From: Scyliorhinus canicula
Taxonomy: Eukaryota
NCBI RefSeq assembly: GCF_902713615.1
Contig: NW_024055461.1
Coordinates: 2,287,323 to 2,351,322, forward strand
Direction of reading: 5' to 3'
DNA: 64,000 bases
Shown here: piece after piece, positions 12,960-28,135 of the stretch
Numbering within the stretch: the stretch's first letter is position 1
How the letters are laid out: each line of letters begins with the position of its first letter
Made by a program: the position numbers and the translations under genes
Notes under the pieces: generated by a model
Told to the model about the DNA's origin: nothing
The model's input: the letters and a program-made list of their open reading frames with translations, nothing else
Databases searched by the model: none

Positions 12960-14280
12960 AAAGTTTCTGCCAGAGGTGACGAGAGGATGATCCATCTCGG
13001 CCTCCTCCGGTGGTCTGCATCATCGTGGATGTCAGTCTTCAGCAAATTTGATTCACTCCACACGATATCAAGAAACGGCTGACGGCGCTGCTAATGCATT
13101 ATCCCTGGCAACATTCTAGCAGCAATACTGAAGATATGTGGCCTGGAACTGGCTGCGCCCCAGACAAGTTGCTCCAGTGCAGGTACAGCACTGACATGTA
13201 CCCAACAATCTGTAACATTGCCAAACATGACCCATCCACACAAGGCAGGAAAAAGCCAACCCGGCCAATTATTGGACCATCAGTCCGCATTCGATCATCA
13301 GCCATTCATGAAAAATGTCAAGGAGCATCCTGTCACGTATAGTATCCTAGCATAGTGCCCCCGGCCCCGGACCTTCATCATAAGGTCAGAAGTGGGGATG
13401 GTTCATTGATGATTACCCAATGTTGTGCACCATATTCGATTCCTCAAATACTGAAGCAGTCTGTCTTCATATACAGTAAGACTTGGACAACATTCAGGCT
13501 TGGGCTGACAAGTGTCAGGCACTGACCACCCCAAAAATAGAGATGCTAACCAACTCCCCTTGATTTTAGTGACACTATCTTGATTGAATCCCCCACCATC
13601 ATTAGCATTGATGAAAAACTGCACTGGAAGAACCATTTAAATAATGTGGCTACAAGAGCAGGTCAGTGGCTGGAAATTTTACGGTGAGTTACTCACTTCC
13701 TGACTTCCCAAACCCCTACTCATCATCTAGAAGGCCCAGTCAGGAGTTTAACTGAATTTTCTCCATTTGTCTGAAGTGCGCCCCTCAAGCAACACTCGAG
13801 AATCTCAGCGCCATCCGGGACAAAGCGGCCGGCTCGAGGAACACCCCATCCACCAGCTGAAACATTCACTTCCTGCATCACGTGTGTACAATTCTAGCAG
13901 CGTGAGCGATATAGAAGAATCGACTGCAGCAACTGCCTCCTTCTATACCACCTTCCAAACCCACGAACTCAGACATTTAAAAGGACCAGGCCCGACAGAC
14001 GCATTGTAACAGCAGGACCTGCATGTTCCCCGACAAGCCTCACGCCATCTTCATATATTTCATAGAATTTGCAGTGCAGAAGATGGGAACTATATCTCTG
14101 TTCCTTCACTGTCACTGGTCAAAATCCTGGAACTCCCTTCCTGTCAGCTCTATGGGTGGACTTACTCAGTATGGAATGCAATGGTTCAAAAAGCGAGCTC
14201 AACACCACATTCCAAGGGCAATTAGGAATTGGCATCAAATGCTGACGTTACTTGTGACACCAAAATGCCATTAAATCATT
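12960..14280 (+). mobile_element. Old degenerate L2/CR1-type LINE 3' fragment
   Basis: Decayed RT-like sequence ending in the shared 3' motif (atggttcaaaaagcgagctcaacaccac...gggcaattagg). Confidence 0.5.
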
Positions 14281-14651
14281 TTAAACATATCTCTCAGCTG
14301 ACATTCACCTAACCCCAGCCTCTGTTTACATTACACTCGCCGTGTCTCTATCACATTGCAGCAGGTCCTGTCTCAGTTTCCCTGCACTCGGCTGAATATC
14401 AGTTGTAATATACAGGCCCACGCCCTGTTTATGTTACAAATCATTAATAATAACTGCACTGAATCATGTCTCAGTTAGTCTGGCACGAAACACGTCACAA
14501 TGGTTACAGCATCAGAACGTTTATCTGTGCATCGTAACTGGAACAACATTCTGTTTGCATCACGTGGTTCGGTCTCAGCAGTTAATAGCTGTCAAAAAGA
14601 CCAGAACTCAGTTTATATTGCACTAGACCCAGTTTCTGATTATGTTATCGA

Positions 14652-14960
14652 CGGCACGGTGGCACAGTGGTTAACACTGCTGCTTCATAGCTCCAGGGTT
14701 CAATTCTTGACGATCCGTGTGGAGTTTGCACTTTCTCCCTGTGTCTGAGTGGCTTTCCTCCGGATGCTCCTGTTTCCTCCCATAAGCCAAAAATATGCAG
14801 GTTAGGTTTATTGGCCATTCTAAATTGTCCCTTAGTGTCCAGGGATGCGCAGGTCATGTTGCAAGGGCAGGGGATTGGGGAAGGTGTTCTTTCAGAGGTC
14901 GGGGCAGATTAGTCGGGGAGATTGGTCCGAGTGGCCTTCTGCCCTGTCGGGATTCTATTT
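14652..14960 (+). mobile_element. V-SINE (HE1-like)
   Basis: tRNA-like head ggcacggtggcacagtggttaac, V-domain ctccctgtgtctgagtggctttcctccgg, CR1-like tail. Confidence 0.8.
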
Positions 14961-15357
14961 TTGATCCTGAATCTGCCTATTTTTTTCCGAGACCTGCTCC
15001 CTTTTATTAATGCAACAGATGATGCCTCTGTTTTGAATTGTGGGCGCATTATTCCACATGTCTTTGAGATGGAAAGATAATATAATAAATACATATTTTG
15101 GACAAGAAATCAGTATATGTCAACAATCTGCAACGGACGGAAGTGTATACTGTGTATGCTATGCAACATTTGATATTCATTTTCAGTGCAGTCAGCAGAA
15201 TTAGATTTCAGATATAAATTCTTCTTTGCCGGTGCCCAAGACCAATTCCTACCCCAGAGAGTTGGATGTGTAGGAGGATGCAGAGTATTGTGTTCCCATG
15301 TGCTTGTTGCCCTTGTGATTCTCGGAGGTCTCGGGTATGGAAGGTGCTGTTGAAGAT

Positions 15358-15545
15358 GGGGCTGGTTTAGCACTGGGCTAAATAGCTGGCTTTTAAAGCA
15401 GACCAAGGCATGCCAGCAGCATTGTTCAATTCCCGTACCAGCCTCTCTGAACATGCGCCGGAATGTGGCGACTAGGAGCTTTTCACAATAACTTAATTGA
15501 AGCCTACTTGTGACAATAAGCGATTTTCATCTCATTTCATTTCAT
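15358..15545 (+). mobile_element. Short shark SINE (family B)
   Basis: ggggctggtttagcactgggctaaatagc...(tttca)n tail. Confidence 0.8.
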
Positions 15546-16899
15546 TGCAAGAAATTTTGGCGAGTTTCTGCAGTGCATCCCGTCGATGTTACACAATGCA
15601 GCTACTGTGTGTCTGGTGCCAAGAGAATGAATGTGGCTGTACCACTAGGTTCTGTCTCAGTTATTTATCTAATGGTCCTTTGTTAATGTTACACAATTAC
15701 AACTATTCCATTCCCTTGGTCTATTGCACTAGGCCCAGGCAATAGGAGTTAAGTTGTACAATTTGAAGTGGCTGCAAGAAGATCAGAGAGATCTGTGGTT
15801 GTACGTACACACATCTAGGGTGCTGATAAGACAGATTATGACGTTTATCTGGACATAGATCAGCATTGCTTGCTGAAGAATTTTACATTTTCACTGTTCC
15901 CTCAGTCTTTTTTAATCTACACAATTCCACATCAGCCACTTTCCATATTATTGTGCATGGTCTACCGCAGCAATTACTGAGGCCGGCTCCAATGTAATAT
16001 GAACAGAGATCTGGCCCAGTGCAGAACTGAGGCTGTATCTAATGTAATACAAACAGAGACAGGTTTAAATTAATAGAAACAGTGTCAGGTTCTAGGTTAA
16101 TTTAAAGAGAGACAAACAGGGTCCATAAGATATTGGAGCAGAATTCGGCCATTCGACACATCGAGACTGCTCCGCCATTAAATTATGGCCAATATGTTCC
16201 TAATCCCCATTCTTCTGCCTTCTCCCAATAACTCCTGAACGCCTTATTGATCAAGACATGTCCTCTAATTGGTGGCCTAGTTTAATATGAACAAACATAA
16301 ATAGGTCTTTATTTAATATAAACTAATATAAATGGTACAGGGTTGTAGAACAAAAACGGAGACGGGCTCACGGCCTGGTGCAATACAGAGGCAGGGCCTA
16401 CTGTCCCTTCAAACACTCGCAGGACTGGTGCATCACAGGTTGGAGACAAAGAAACTCCCTCACACTGTCCCCATCAAACATTCTCAGAGCAGCTGCAGAT
16501 TGTTTAGATATAGAATTAAATTCCCTCTATATAACTCGCTCAAACACATTAAAGGCCGAGAAACCAAGAGTTCGATACCAGGCAAAACCTCTTCTGCACT
16601 CTTCCTTCAGAGATCTCCCAGACAGATTGACAGTGAGGTTAGTTACTGGGTAAAGAAATCTCTGCATTTTCCCATCAAACCCACCCAGGTCAGGTACAGC
16701 ACAGTTCAGATACGGAGTAAATCTCCATGTGCACAGTCATATCAAACACTCACAGGGCAGGTTCAGTGCAGGTTACATGCAAGTAAACTTGCTCTGCACT
16801 CTTCAGTCAAATGCTCCAAGGTCTCGGCAGCTGGATTAAGTGCAAGGAAAGATTCTTTGGCCCTGCCACATTAAATCCTCAACCATCATGTGCAGCCTA

Positions 16900-19800
16900 G
16901 ATCAGATATAGAAGAAGCTTGTCTCTACAGTTCTCATTAAACACCCCAAGATCATTGAATGCTCCAACCTCATTTTAGCGTAAAACTCCCTCGCCGGATT
17001 CCAATACATTGGATTCGATGCATTTAGTTGGAAGCCAACGGGGTGAGTTCGGGATGAGAGGGCTGGTTTAGCTCAGTGGGCTAGACAGCTGGTTTGTGAT
17101 GCAGAACATGGCCAGCAGCGCGGGTTCAATTCCCGTTCCAGCTCACCTGAACAGGCGCCGGAATGTGGCGACTCGGGGCTTTTCACAGTAAAATTGTTAT
17201 TCGTGTTGGTCACATGTCGATTAAAGACAATGACCCATCGTGGAGAGGCATGAGATAGAACTAGAGAAAGACACAAAGAGAGATAGGATACAGGACATTT
17301 CTACTAACACACTTGGCATGCCCTTATATTTAGAGATTAGAGGGAATATTTCCTAATTATGAACATGGATATCATCATGACATTTTTCTCATATAACTGA
17401 TGAATAAAAAAATGTCGAAAAACAAACACTACTGGAATTCGTTGATCTATTTGCATCATTGGCTCTATTTCTGTGCTGTGTTGGTGGGGAAACATTTGTT
17501 TTGCTTTTCTCAGTCTGCAATCTAATCTAGATCTTCTATTTCTGTGTCTATTTACATAAACACCTCACTGGTCACAATGAAGTGTTCATGTCAGCAAAAT
17601 GAGATAAACACAGTCACTTATTGATTAGTTTTAACTCAAAATAGCGGGTTATTTTAAGAATATTGACAGTAGGTTAAAATGAATAGAAACTTCCATTAGA
17701 ACAGATGTTACTTAACTGAAATAAAAAATACAATAAATTAAGTATTCATTCTGAAAGTTCTGATGCCTCAATTAATAAAGCATCTTTAACCAGCTACTTT
17801 CCCACTGAATGTTAATTTGATTGAAATATTAACCGATTTAAAGTAGATAGATTAAAACATCAAGCAGAGGAGTGATCTAAAGTCACATCAATCTCAGATC
17901 TTTCAACATATTACAACCAGCATTTTAAAAATGTTAACATTTGGAAAGAGCTTGCTTTTGTAAAACACTTTACACGACCTCAGGTCACCTCAATGCCCTT
18001 AAAACTCACTGATATTTTTTTGCTGAATTTAGTCGCTGCTCTGATGTTGGAAACAGAGCAGGGAATTTGCGCACAGCAAACTCCCACAAATGGAGATGGG
18101 ATAAGTGACCAGCTCATTTGTGATTTTAGATGAAGAACGGACATTGGTCCAAGATACTGGGGAAAGCAGCTCTGCCCTTTCGAATTATATCAGTGAGGTA
18201 ATCCACCTGAAATGTGAATCTGTTCCTCCCTCTGCTGATACTCACTGACCTGCTGAGCAGCCTTTTTTCTTGTTTTTGTTTTAGATTTCCAGAATCTGCA
18301 GCACTTTGCACAGTTTTGGATTTATTCTCGCCATATGGCCATCAGTGACACAGTCAGCATTAACTGTCCACCCTGAGAAGCCGGATGTGAACCACTTTTT
18401 GATAAGGTGCACTTCGAGCAATTTTATTCACATTTGACTTTCTGTAGCAGCTTCCCTTCAACTGACTTGCTTGCTCGGCAGTATCAGAGATAGCCACATC
18501 ATTGTTGAAATAGAGACACATATAGGCCAGACAGAGTAAGGAGGGAAGCTTTCTTCTCCTGAAGGATGCTGGTGAACCTGCTGGGCTTTGCGAACTTTCA
18601 ATAGCTTCGAAAGTATTATAAATGACGCAACAATTACTGGCTGATTGATTAAGTCATTCAATTGAAAGTCTCTAAAGCTGCCATAAAACCATAAGATTTG
18701 GAGCAGAACTTGGCCATTCGGCCCATATAATATGATCTACCATTCAATGAAATCGTTGCAAATCTGGTAAAATCCTCAACTCCACATTTCCACTTTATCC
18801 CCATTACCCTTGATTCCCTTACTGATGAACAATATCTGTCTCAGCCTTGAACATATTTATTGACCAGGCGAACTCTCTCCGGCAAATGATTCTATAGAAG
18901 CACTACGTTCTGAGAGAAGAAATTCCTCTTCATCCTCGTCTGAAATGAGTGGCACCTTACTCTGAGATTGTGCCCTTTGGTCCTAGACTCTCCCAAAAGC
19001 GGGAACAATCTCCAGTTTATACACTGTCAAGCCCCCTGAGAATACTATATATCTCAGTAACTTCGCCTCTGATTCTTCTAAACTCCAATTCGTGTAGGCC
19101 TAACCCACTTAAGCTCTCCCCATTTCAGTCTCTGTGGTCACAGTAAGAAGTCTTACAACACCAGGTTAAACTCCCTCCTCAGGTGGAAGCATTGCTCCGA
19201 GAGCTAGTGTTTGAAACAAACCTGTTGGACTTTAACCTGGTGTTGTAAGACTTCTTACTGTGCTCACCCCAGTCCAACGCCAGCATCTCCACATCATTGC
19301 CACAGTCTCCGTGGTGCAATTGGTCAGCGTGTTTGGCTGTTTACCGCAAGGTCTGCGTTTCAAGGCCGGATTCTTCTTTATTTGCTGACAGGTAGAGTAA
19401 CGATGGCCGAGGAGCCTCTTTCTGTGCTGTGAAATGCTCCCTACCTTTGAAAATACCTCCACATTCGGGATTTACCTAAAGAACCTTCTCTGGACTGCCT
19501 CTAAAATATCAATCCTTATATAAGACCAAAACTGTTCACAACATTACAATATGCCCTGGTGGATTTGTACTCCTGTGACTGGAGTATTAGTTCAGCCCCC
19601 CAGACTACCCGTTTGTAATAATATTGCGAGACTATCGAGAAGACTGTAATATCACCGCATCGAAAAGATGGAACAATTGAACATTAAACACTCCTTCTGC
19701 ATTGGATCACAGGCCTGGTTCATGTGCGGAGGTATCTGTTGTGGGAGGTGATAGTGATTCCACTGAGACATCATCATGGTTTTCATTTTGACATTCTGAA

Positions 19801-21600
19801 ATATTGCTCAGTGAATCTAAAGTTCAAACTATGGGTCCAGTCTTACATGGGTCAATTTAATTTTCAGAGGCTGGTCTTTTACTAGACTTGGGTCTTATTC
19901 TGACGGGATGGCAATGGTGATAGGGAATTCCACTGGCTCCATATCAGTTATTCCAAAAATAGCACACCAGTCTCCGTTTATATTACACTGAACGATGTCC
20001 TGTTGCCTGTCTCGATATTATAAATTATATTATATATATGCTTGTTTGTACGAGTACAATCATTGTTGATTTGGAGATTATATTAATTCTTGTTAATACC
20101 TATAAGCAGTTCTGTGAAATATGTATTTGCTCTGCTATCATGTGGGTAATATTAGGTTTAATATTTTACCAACATCCCAGTAATGAACTAGGCTTGAGGG
20201 ACAGGTCTACACGTGAACACTGGTGCACTGCAATTTCCAAACGTTAATGGAAATCTCTGTTTTGTTCAAAATGATGAATTTACTCTTGTGTTACACTCTA
20301 TACATTGGAAAGTTGTTTTCATGGTGAGGATTATTTCCCTGCCTCGTTTTATATTCAATGATCATCTAATATACTGGCAGTGTTAGACAGAACAGTGCTC
20401 TCACAGAATCACCAGATTGGCACTCACAGGGTAAATATCCACCCAATCATAGAACTCTCATCTGGTTAAGTAGAGCAAGTGAATTCTCTGCAAATTGGCC
20501 GTTCGTGCATGTGTGCATATAAAATATTGTTCCTGAGTTTTGCTTGAGTAATTGATCAAGACGGAATGTTATCTTCAGAATTAATTGTTTAACTTTGCGA
20601 TGTCTTCATGCGTCTCAGCCCTAAGCTCTGGTATTCATTCCCTACTCCTCTTTACCTCAATTCCCTTAATAAAATCATCCCATATAACCTGCCTCGTCGA
20701 TCAAGTTTTTAATCATCTGACCTAATAAGCCTTTACACATATATTAATCCAGACCCTGCAGCAGGAATGACTGCAATAGACCCTACCTCAGTTTATAACA
20801 TTCCAGACCCTGAATCAATAATCACTGCTCTATATCCTATATAATTTAAGGGTAATCAACCCTTGTATCAGTAATTTCTGCAGTAGAACCTGTCTCGGTT
20901 TATGCTAGTTGAGACCTTGCATCAGTAATCACTGCAGTAGATCCAATTGCAGTGGCACTGTTGCCTCACAGCGCCAGAGTCCCAGCAGTGCAGAGTCTGC
21001 ACGTTCTCCCCGTGTCTGCGTGGGTTTCCATCGGGTGCTCCGGTTTCCCACCACAAGTCCCGAAAGATGTGCAGTTCTGTAATTTGGACATTCTGGATTC
21101 TCAGTCTGTGTACCCAAACAGGCGGCGGAATGTGGCGATTGGGATCTTTTCACAGTGACTTCATTGCAGTGTTAATGTCAGCTTACTTGTGACAAAAGTA
21201 TTATTCGATTAGTTTAGGTTAATCTCCACCCCATGTGAGTGATAATCGTTTTAGACCTTGGCATGGAGTCATGGAGAGTTAGAGGTTTACAATACAGAAA
21301 GATGCCGTTCACCCACCATATCTGCGATGGAAATCAGGTACCTATCTATTCTGAGATCGTCCATAGATTGTCTTCCTACCATAAAACTATAAGACACAGG
21401 AGCAGAATTCGACGATTAGGCCAAATCGAGCGTGCCCACATTCAATCACGACTGTTATGTTTTTAAAAGCCTATCTCCTGCCTTCTCGCCATAACCCTTG
21501 ATCCCCTTATTAATCAAGAAACTATCTATCTCTGTTAGCCTGGTTAGAAAGAGGGAAAGATCCTTCGACACTGCCACATCAAATCCTGTTCAGCTCAGGT
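16900..21600. repeat. Copy 1 of old ~4.7-kb tandem duplication
   Basis: Collinear similarity to 21600-24820 and, after LINE insertions, 31850-32830 (e.g. 16926 vs 21621, 17221 vs 21795, 20361 vs 31930). Confidence 0.8.
19142..19300. mobile_element. Penelope-like terminal fragment with inverted repeat
   Basis: agtaagaagtcttacaacaccaggttaaa (19142-19170) is the reverse complement of 19231-19259. Confidence 0.6.
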
Positions 21601-23274
21601 TAGACACCGGGTAAATGTTTCTCCACAGTTCTCATTAAACACTGCAAGGTAATTGAATGCTCCAACCGCATTTTAGAGTAAAACCCCCTCTATGTATTCC
21701 AATTAATTGGATTCGATCAATTTAGTTGGAAGCCAATGGGGTGAGATTGCGCTGAGAGATTATATTCGGCACATGTTGGCTTTATGTTGTCGATTAAAGG
21801 CAATGACCCATCGTGGAGAGACATGAGACAGAACCAGTTAGGAAAAAGGGACATATATCAGATACAGGAGAACTGGAAAACTCTGCGAACACATTTCGCA
21901 TGTCATTATATTTCGAGATTAGAGGGACACTTTCTTAATTGTGAACATGATTATCATGATGACATTTTTCTCATATAACTGATGAAGAAACAAATGTCAA
22001 AAACAATCATTACTGGAATCCGTTGATCTATTTGCGTCTTTGCCTCTATTTCTGTGCTGTGTCGGTGGGGAAATAGTTGTTGTGCTTTTGTCAGTCCACA
22101 ACCTAATCTGAGACTTCTATTTCTGTGTTTATTTACATAAACACCTCACTGGTCGCAATGAAATGTTCATGCTAGCAAAACGAGATAAACATAGTCATTT
22201 ATTGATTAGGTTCAACTCAAAATAGCGGTTTATTTTAAGAATATTGACAGTTGGTTGAAACGTATAGAAACATCCATTAGAACAGATGTTACTTAATTGA
22301 AATAAAAAATACATTTAAATTAAGTATTAATTCTGGAAGTTCTGATGCCTCAATTAATAAATCATCTTTAACCAGGCTGTTATTCCTCTGAATATTAATT
22401 TAATTGAAACACTAACCGATTTGAAGGAGATAAATTAAAACATCCGGCAGAGGAGTGACCCACAGTCACATTAATCTCAGATCTTTCAACATATTATAAC
22501 CTGCATTTTAAAATGTAAACATTTGGAAAGAGCTTGCTTTTGTAAAACGCTCTACCCGACCTCAGGTCATCCCAACGCCCTTAAAACTCACAGATATATT
22601 TTAGCTGAATTTAGTTACTGCTCTAATGTTGGAAACAGAGCAGAGATTTTGTGCACAGCAAGCTCCCACAAACTGAGATGTGATAAGTGACCAGCTAATC
22701 TGTGATTTATGTTCAGGAACGGACATTGGTCGAGGATACTGGGAAAAGCAGATCGACTCTTTATCATTATGTCATTGAGGTAATCCACCTGAAATGTGAA
22801 TCTGTTCCTCTCTCTGCTGATGCTCACTGACCTGCTGAGCAGCCTTTTTTTGTTTTTGTTTTAGATTTCCGGAATCTGCAGCATTTTGCACAGATTTTAA
22901 CATTTATTCTCGGAATATGACCCTCGCTGACAAAGTCAGCATTAACTGTCCATCCTGAGAATCCGGATGTGAACCATCATTTTGATAAGGTGCACTTCGG
23001 ACAGTTGAATTCACATCTGACTTTCTGTCCTTGAACTGATTGGCCTGCTCGGCAATATCAGAGATAATTAAGCATCAACCACATCACTGCTGAACTACTC
23101 ACATAGAGGCCAGACAGGGTAAGGAGGGAAGATTTCTTCTCCTGAAGGACATTGGTGAACCTGCCGGGCTTTGGGAAATTTCAAGAGCTTCATGAGTATT
23201 ATGAATGACGCGACAATTTTATTTCTGATTTATTAATTCATTCAATTGAAAGTACCCCAGCTGTCAAAAAAACA

Positions 23275-23455
23275 GGGGCTGGTTTAGCTCACTGGGCTAA
23301 ATCGCTGGCTTTTAGAGCAGAGCAAGCAGGCCAGCAGCACAGTTCGATTCCCGTACCAGCCTCCCCGGACAGGTGCCGGAATGTGGCGACACGGGGCTTT
23401 TCACAGTAACTTCATTGAAGCCTATTCATGACAATAAGCGATTTTCATTTTCAAA
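23275..23455 (+). mobile_element. Short shark SINE (family B)
   Basis: ggggctggtttagctcactgggctaaatcgc; absent from the corresponding position of duplication copy 1. Confidence 0.8.
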
Positions 23456-24529
23456 CCATAAGATGTAGGAGCAGAAGGTGGCCATTCGGCCCATGGAATA
23501 TGATCTGCCATTGAATGAGATCGTGCCTGATCTGATAAAATCCTCAACTCCACTTTTCCGCCTTATCCCCATAACCCTTGATTCCCTTACTGATGAAAAG
23601 TCTGTCTGTCTCAGTCTTGGGCATATTTATTGACCCGGCCTCTCCAATTCTCTGCACCATAGAAACACTCACCTCTCAGAGAAGAAATTCCGCTTCATCC
23701 TCGTCTGAAATGAGCGACACCTTACTCTGAGATGGTGCCCTATGGTCCCAGACTCTCCCACAAGCAGAGACAACCTCGAGCATCCACACTATCAAGCTCC
23801 TTGAAAATATTACATATCTCAGTACGTTCGCCTCTCATTCTTCAAAACTCCAATGCGTGTAGGTCTTCCCTACTTAAACTCTGCTCATGTCAGTCTCTGT
23901 GGTGCAGTTGGTCAACGCTTTTCGCTGTAAACTGAAAGGTCTGTGCTTCAAGACTATCCAGGGCCGGGTTCTTCTCTATTTGATGATAGGGGCAGTAACG
24001 ATGGGCCGAAGAACCTCTTAATCCCAGCTACCTATGAAAATCCATCCATACCCGAGATTAACCTAATGATCCTTCTCTACACTGCCTCCAAAATATCTAC
24101 CCTTTGGTAAGGAGTCCCAAGCTGATCACATCATTGCAATATGCCCTGGTGGAATTTGTACTCGAGTCTCTGAAGTAATAGTTCAGGCCTCCAGATTACC
24201 AGTCCAGTAATAATATTTCGAAGCAGCCCTAAGACTGTATCTCTGTAGTACTGTATTTCAAGTATCATCACATCTAAAAGATGGAAAAATTGAAACATAA
24301 AATACCCCTGCATTGGATCACATCTGGATCATGGGCTGAGGTATCTGTTGTGAGAACTGATATTGCTTCCACTGAGACAAGACTGTTAACCTATCATGGC
24401 TTCATGTCGACATTACATTCTGAAATGTTGCTCCGTGTATCTAAAGTTCTAATTCTGGGTCCAGCCTTACATTGGTCAATTTAATTTTCAGAGGGTAATC
24501 TTTTCTTAGACTTGTGTCTTATTATAAAT

Positions 24530-24742
24530 TTCAAGTACCCAATTAATTTTTTCCAAATCACGGGGCAATTTAGCGCAGCCAATCCACCTACGCTGCACAT
24601 TTTTGGGTTTTGGGGGTGAAACCCACGCAGAGACAGGAGAATGTGCAAACTCCACGCGGAGAGGGACTGAGAGCCGGGATCGAACCTGGTACCTCGGCCT
24701 CGTGAGACAGCAGTGCTAACCACTGCACCATCGTGCTGCCCC
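24530..24742 (-). mobile_element. V-SINE (HE1-like)
   Basis: Minus strand gggcagcacgatggtgcagtggttagc head plus V-domain. Confidence 0.75.
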
Positions 24743-24880
24743 CATCTTCTGACGAATTCGAACACGATGGTATTGGTGAATGGGAATTCCACTGGCTCCA
24801 TATAAAATGTCAGTAATTCAGTAATTTCAACAAAGCCAACCTCAAGAGTGTACTGCCAAAATTCCACCAGCACATCTCCT

Positions 24881-27800
24881 TAAAGATGTTGTTATCTCTG
24901 GGTTGTTACCCGTGCCACGTGCTAGCGAAGTGAGAAATAAGGAGAGAGAGGAGTTGAACACGTGGCTACAGGGATGGTGCAGGGGGGAGGGTTTTGGTTT
25001 CCTCCTGGATAATTGGGGCTCATTCTGGGGTAGGTGGGACCTCTACAAACAGGATGGTCTTCACCTGAACCAGAGGGGTACCAATATCCTGGGGGGGGGG
25101 GGGGGGGGGGAGATTTGCTAGTGCTCTTCGGGGGGGTTTAAACTAATTCAGCAGGGGGATGGGAACCTAAATTGTAGTCCCAGTGTACAGGATGTTGAGA
25201 GTAGTGAGGTCAGGGATAGGGTTAAAAGTTCGAAAGAGGGCACCGGCAAGCAGGACTCCGGTTTGAGATGTGTCTACTTCAACGCCAGGAGCATCCGGAA
25301 TAAGGTGGATGAGCTTGCAGCATGGGTTGGTACCTGGGATCTCGATGTTGTGGCGATTTCGGAGACGTGGGTAAAGCAGGGACAGGAATGGTTGTTGCAG
25401 GTTCCAGGATTTAGATGTTTCTGTAAGAACAGAGAAGATGGTAAAAGAGGGGGGGGGGGGGTGTGGCATTGTTAATCAAGGAAAGTATTACGGCGGTAGA
25501 AAGGACGCTTGAGGACTCGTCTACTGAGGCAGTATGGGCCGAGGTTAGGAACAGTAGAGGAGAGGTCACCCTGTTGGGAGTTGTCTATAGACCTCCGAAT
25601 AGTTCCAGAGATGTAGAGGAAAGGATTGCAAAGATGATTCTTGACAGGAGCGAGAGTAACAGGGTAGTTGTTATGGGGGACTTTAACTTTCCAAATATTG
25701 ACTAGAAATACTATAGTTCGAGTACTATAGATGGGTCAGTTTTTGTGCAGTGTGTGCAGGAGGGTTTTCTGACACAGTATGTAGACAGGCCAACAAGGTG
25801 CGAGGCCACATTGGATTTGGTACTGGGTAATTAACCCGGCCAGGTGTTAGATTTAGATGTAGGTGAGCACTTTGGTGATAGTGATCACAACTCGGTTATG
25901 TTTACTTTAGCAATGGGCAGGGATAGGTATATACCGCAAGGCAAGAATTATAGCTGGGGGAAAGGCCATTATGATGCTATTCGGCAAGATTTAGGATGTA
26001 TAGGATGGGGAAGGAAACTGCAGGGGATGGGTACAATCGAAATGTGGAGCTTTTTCAAGGAACAGCTACTGCGTGTCCTTGATGAGTATGTACCTGTCAG
26101 GCAGGGAGGAAGTTGTCGAGCAAGGGAACCGTGGTTTACTAAGGAAGTTGAAGCACTTGTCAAGAGGAAGAAGAAGGCTTATGTTAGGATGAGACATGAA
26201 GGCTCAGTTAGGGCACTTGAGAGTTACAAGTTAGCCAGGAAGGACCTAATGGGAGAGTTAAGAAGAGCGAGGAGAGGACACGAAAAGTCGTTGGCGGATA
26301 GGATCAAGGAAAACCCTAAGGCTTTCTATAGGTATATCAGGAACAAAAGAATGACGAGAGTAAGATTAGGGCCAATCAAGGATAGTAGTGGAAAGTTGTG
26401 TGTTAAATCAGAGGAGATAGGGGAAGCATTAAATGGATATTTTTCGTCAGTGTTTACACTGGAGAAAGACAATGTTGTCGAGGAGAACACTCAGGTTCAG
26501 TCGACCAGGCTATATGGAATTGAGGTTCAAAAGGAGGAGGTGTTAGCAATTTTAGAAAATGTCAAAATAGATAAGTCCCTGGGCCAGATGGGATTTATCC
26601 TAGGATTCTCTGGGAAGCCAGGGGGGAGATTGCAGAGCCTTTGTCCTTGATCTTTATGTCGTCTTTGTCGACAGGAATAGTGCCGGAAGACTGGAGGATA
26701 GCAAATTTTGTCCCCTTGTTCAAGAAGGGGAGTAGAGACAACCCTGGTAATTATAGACCTGTGAGCCTTACTTCGGTTGTGGGTAAAATGTTGGAAAAGG
26801 TTATAAGAGATAGGGTTTATAATCATCTTGAAAAGAACAAGTTGATTAGCGATACTCAACACGGTTTTGTGAAGGGTAGGTCATGCCTCACAAACCTTAT
26901 TGAGTTTTTTGACAAGGTGACCATACAGGTGGATCAGGGTAAAGCTGTTGATGTGGTGTATATGGATTTCAGTAAGGCGTTTGATAAGGTTCCCCACGGT
27001 ACGCTATTGCAGAAAATAAGGAAGTATGGAATTGAAGGTGATTTAGCGGTTTGGATCAGTAATTGGCTAGCTGAAAGAAGACAGAGGGTGGTGGTTGATG
27101 GCAAATGCTCATCCTGGAGTTCAGTTACTAGTGGTGTACCGCAAGGATCTGTTTTGGGGCCACTGCTGTTTGTCATTTTTATAAATGACCTGGAAGAGGG
27201 TGTAGAAGGATGGGTTAGTAAATTTGCAGATGACACGAAGGTCGGTGGAGTTGTGGATAGTGCTGAAGGATGTTATAGGATACAGAGGGACATAGATAAG
27301 CTGCAGAGCTGGGCTGAGAGGTGGCAGATGGAGTTTAATGCGGAAAAGTGTGAGGTGGTTCACTTTGGAAGGAGTAACAGGAATGCAGAGTACTGGGCTA
27401 ATGGCAAGATTCTTGGTAGTGTAGATGAACAGAGAGATTTCGGCATCCAGGTACATAAATCCCTGAAAGTTGCCACCCAGGTTAATAGGGCTGTTAAGAA
27501 GGCATATGGTGTGCTAGCCTTTATAAGCAAGGGGATTGAGTTTCGGAACCACAAGGTAATGCTGCAGCTGTACATAACTCTGGTGCGGCCGCACCTGGAG
27601 TACTGCGTGCAGTTCTGGTCACCACATTATAGGAAGGATGTGGAAGCTTTGGAAAGGGTTCAGAGGAGATTTACTAGGCTGTTGCCTGATATGGAGGGAA
27701 GGTCTTACGAGGAAAGGCTCAGGGACTTGAGGTTGTTTTCGTTAGAGAGGAGAAGGCTGAGAGGTGACTTAATAGAGACATATAAGATAGTCAGAGGGTT

Positions 27801-28135
27801 AGATAGGGTGGACAGTGAGAATCTTTTTCCTCGGATGGTGATGACCAACACGAGGGGACATAGCTTTAAATTGAGGGGTGATAGATATAGGACAGATATC
27901 AGAGGCAGTTTCTTTATTCAGAGAGTAGTAGGGGTGTGGAACGCCCTGCCTGCAACAGTAGTAGACTCGCCAACTTTAAGGGCATTTAAGTGGTCACTGG
28001 ATAAACATATGGATGAAAATGGAATAGTGTAGGTCAGATAGGCTTCAGATGGTTTCACAGGTCGGCGCAACATCGAGGGCCGAAGGGCCCGGACTGCACT
28101 GTAGTGTTTTATGTTCTATGTTCTATGTTCTATGT
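24881..28135 (+). mobile_element. Young 5'-truncated CR1 LINE: ORF1 esterase C-terminus plus ORF2 (APE endonuclease + RT)
   Basis: DGLHL esterase motif; YFNARS, GDFN, SDH endonuclease motifs; QGSVLGP, KFADD RT motifs; a few frameshifts and a stop; (ATGTTCT)n tail; TSD tcct at 24877-24880 and 28136-28139. Confidence 0.93.
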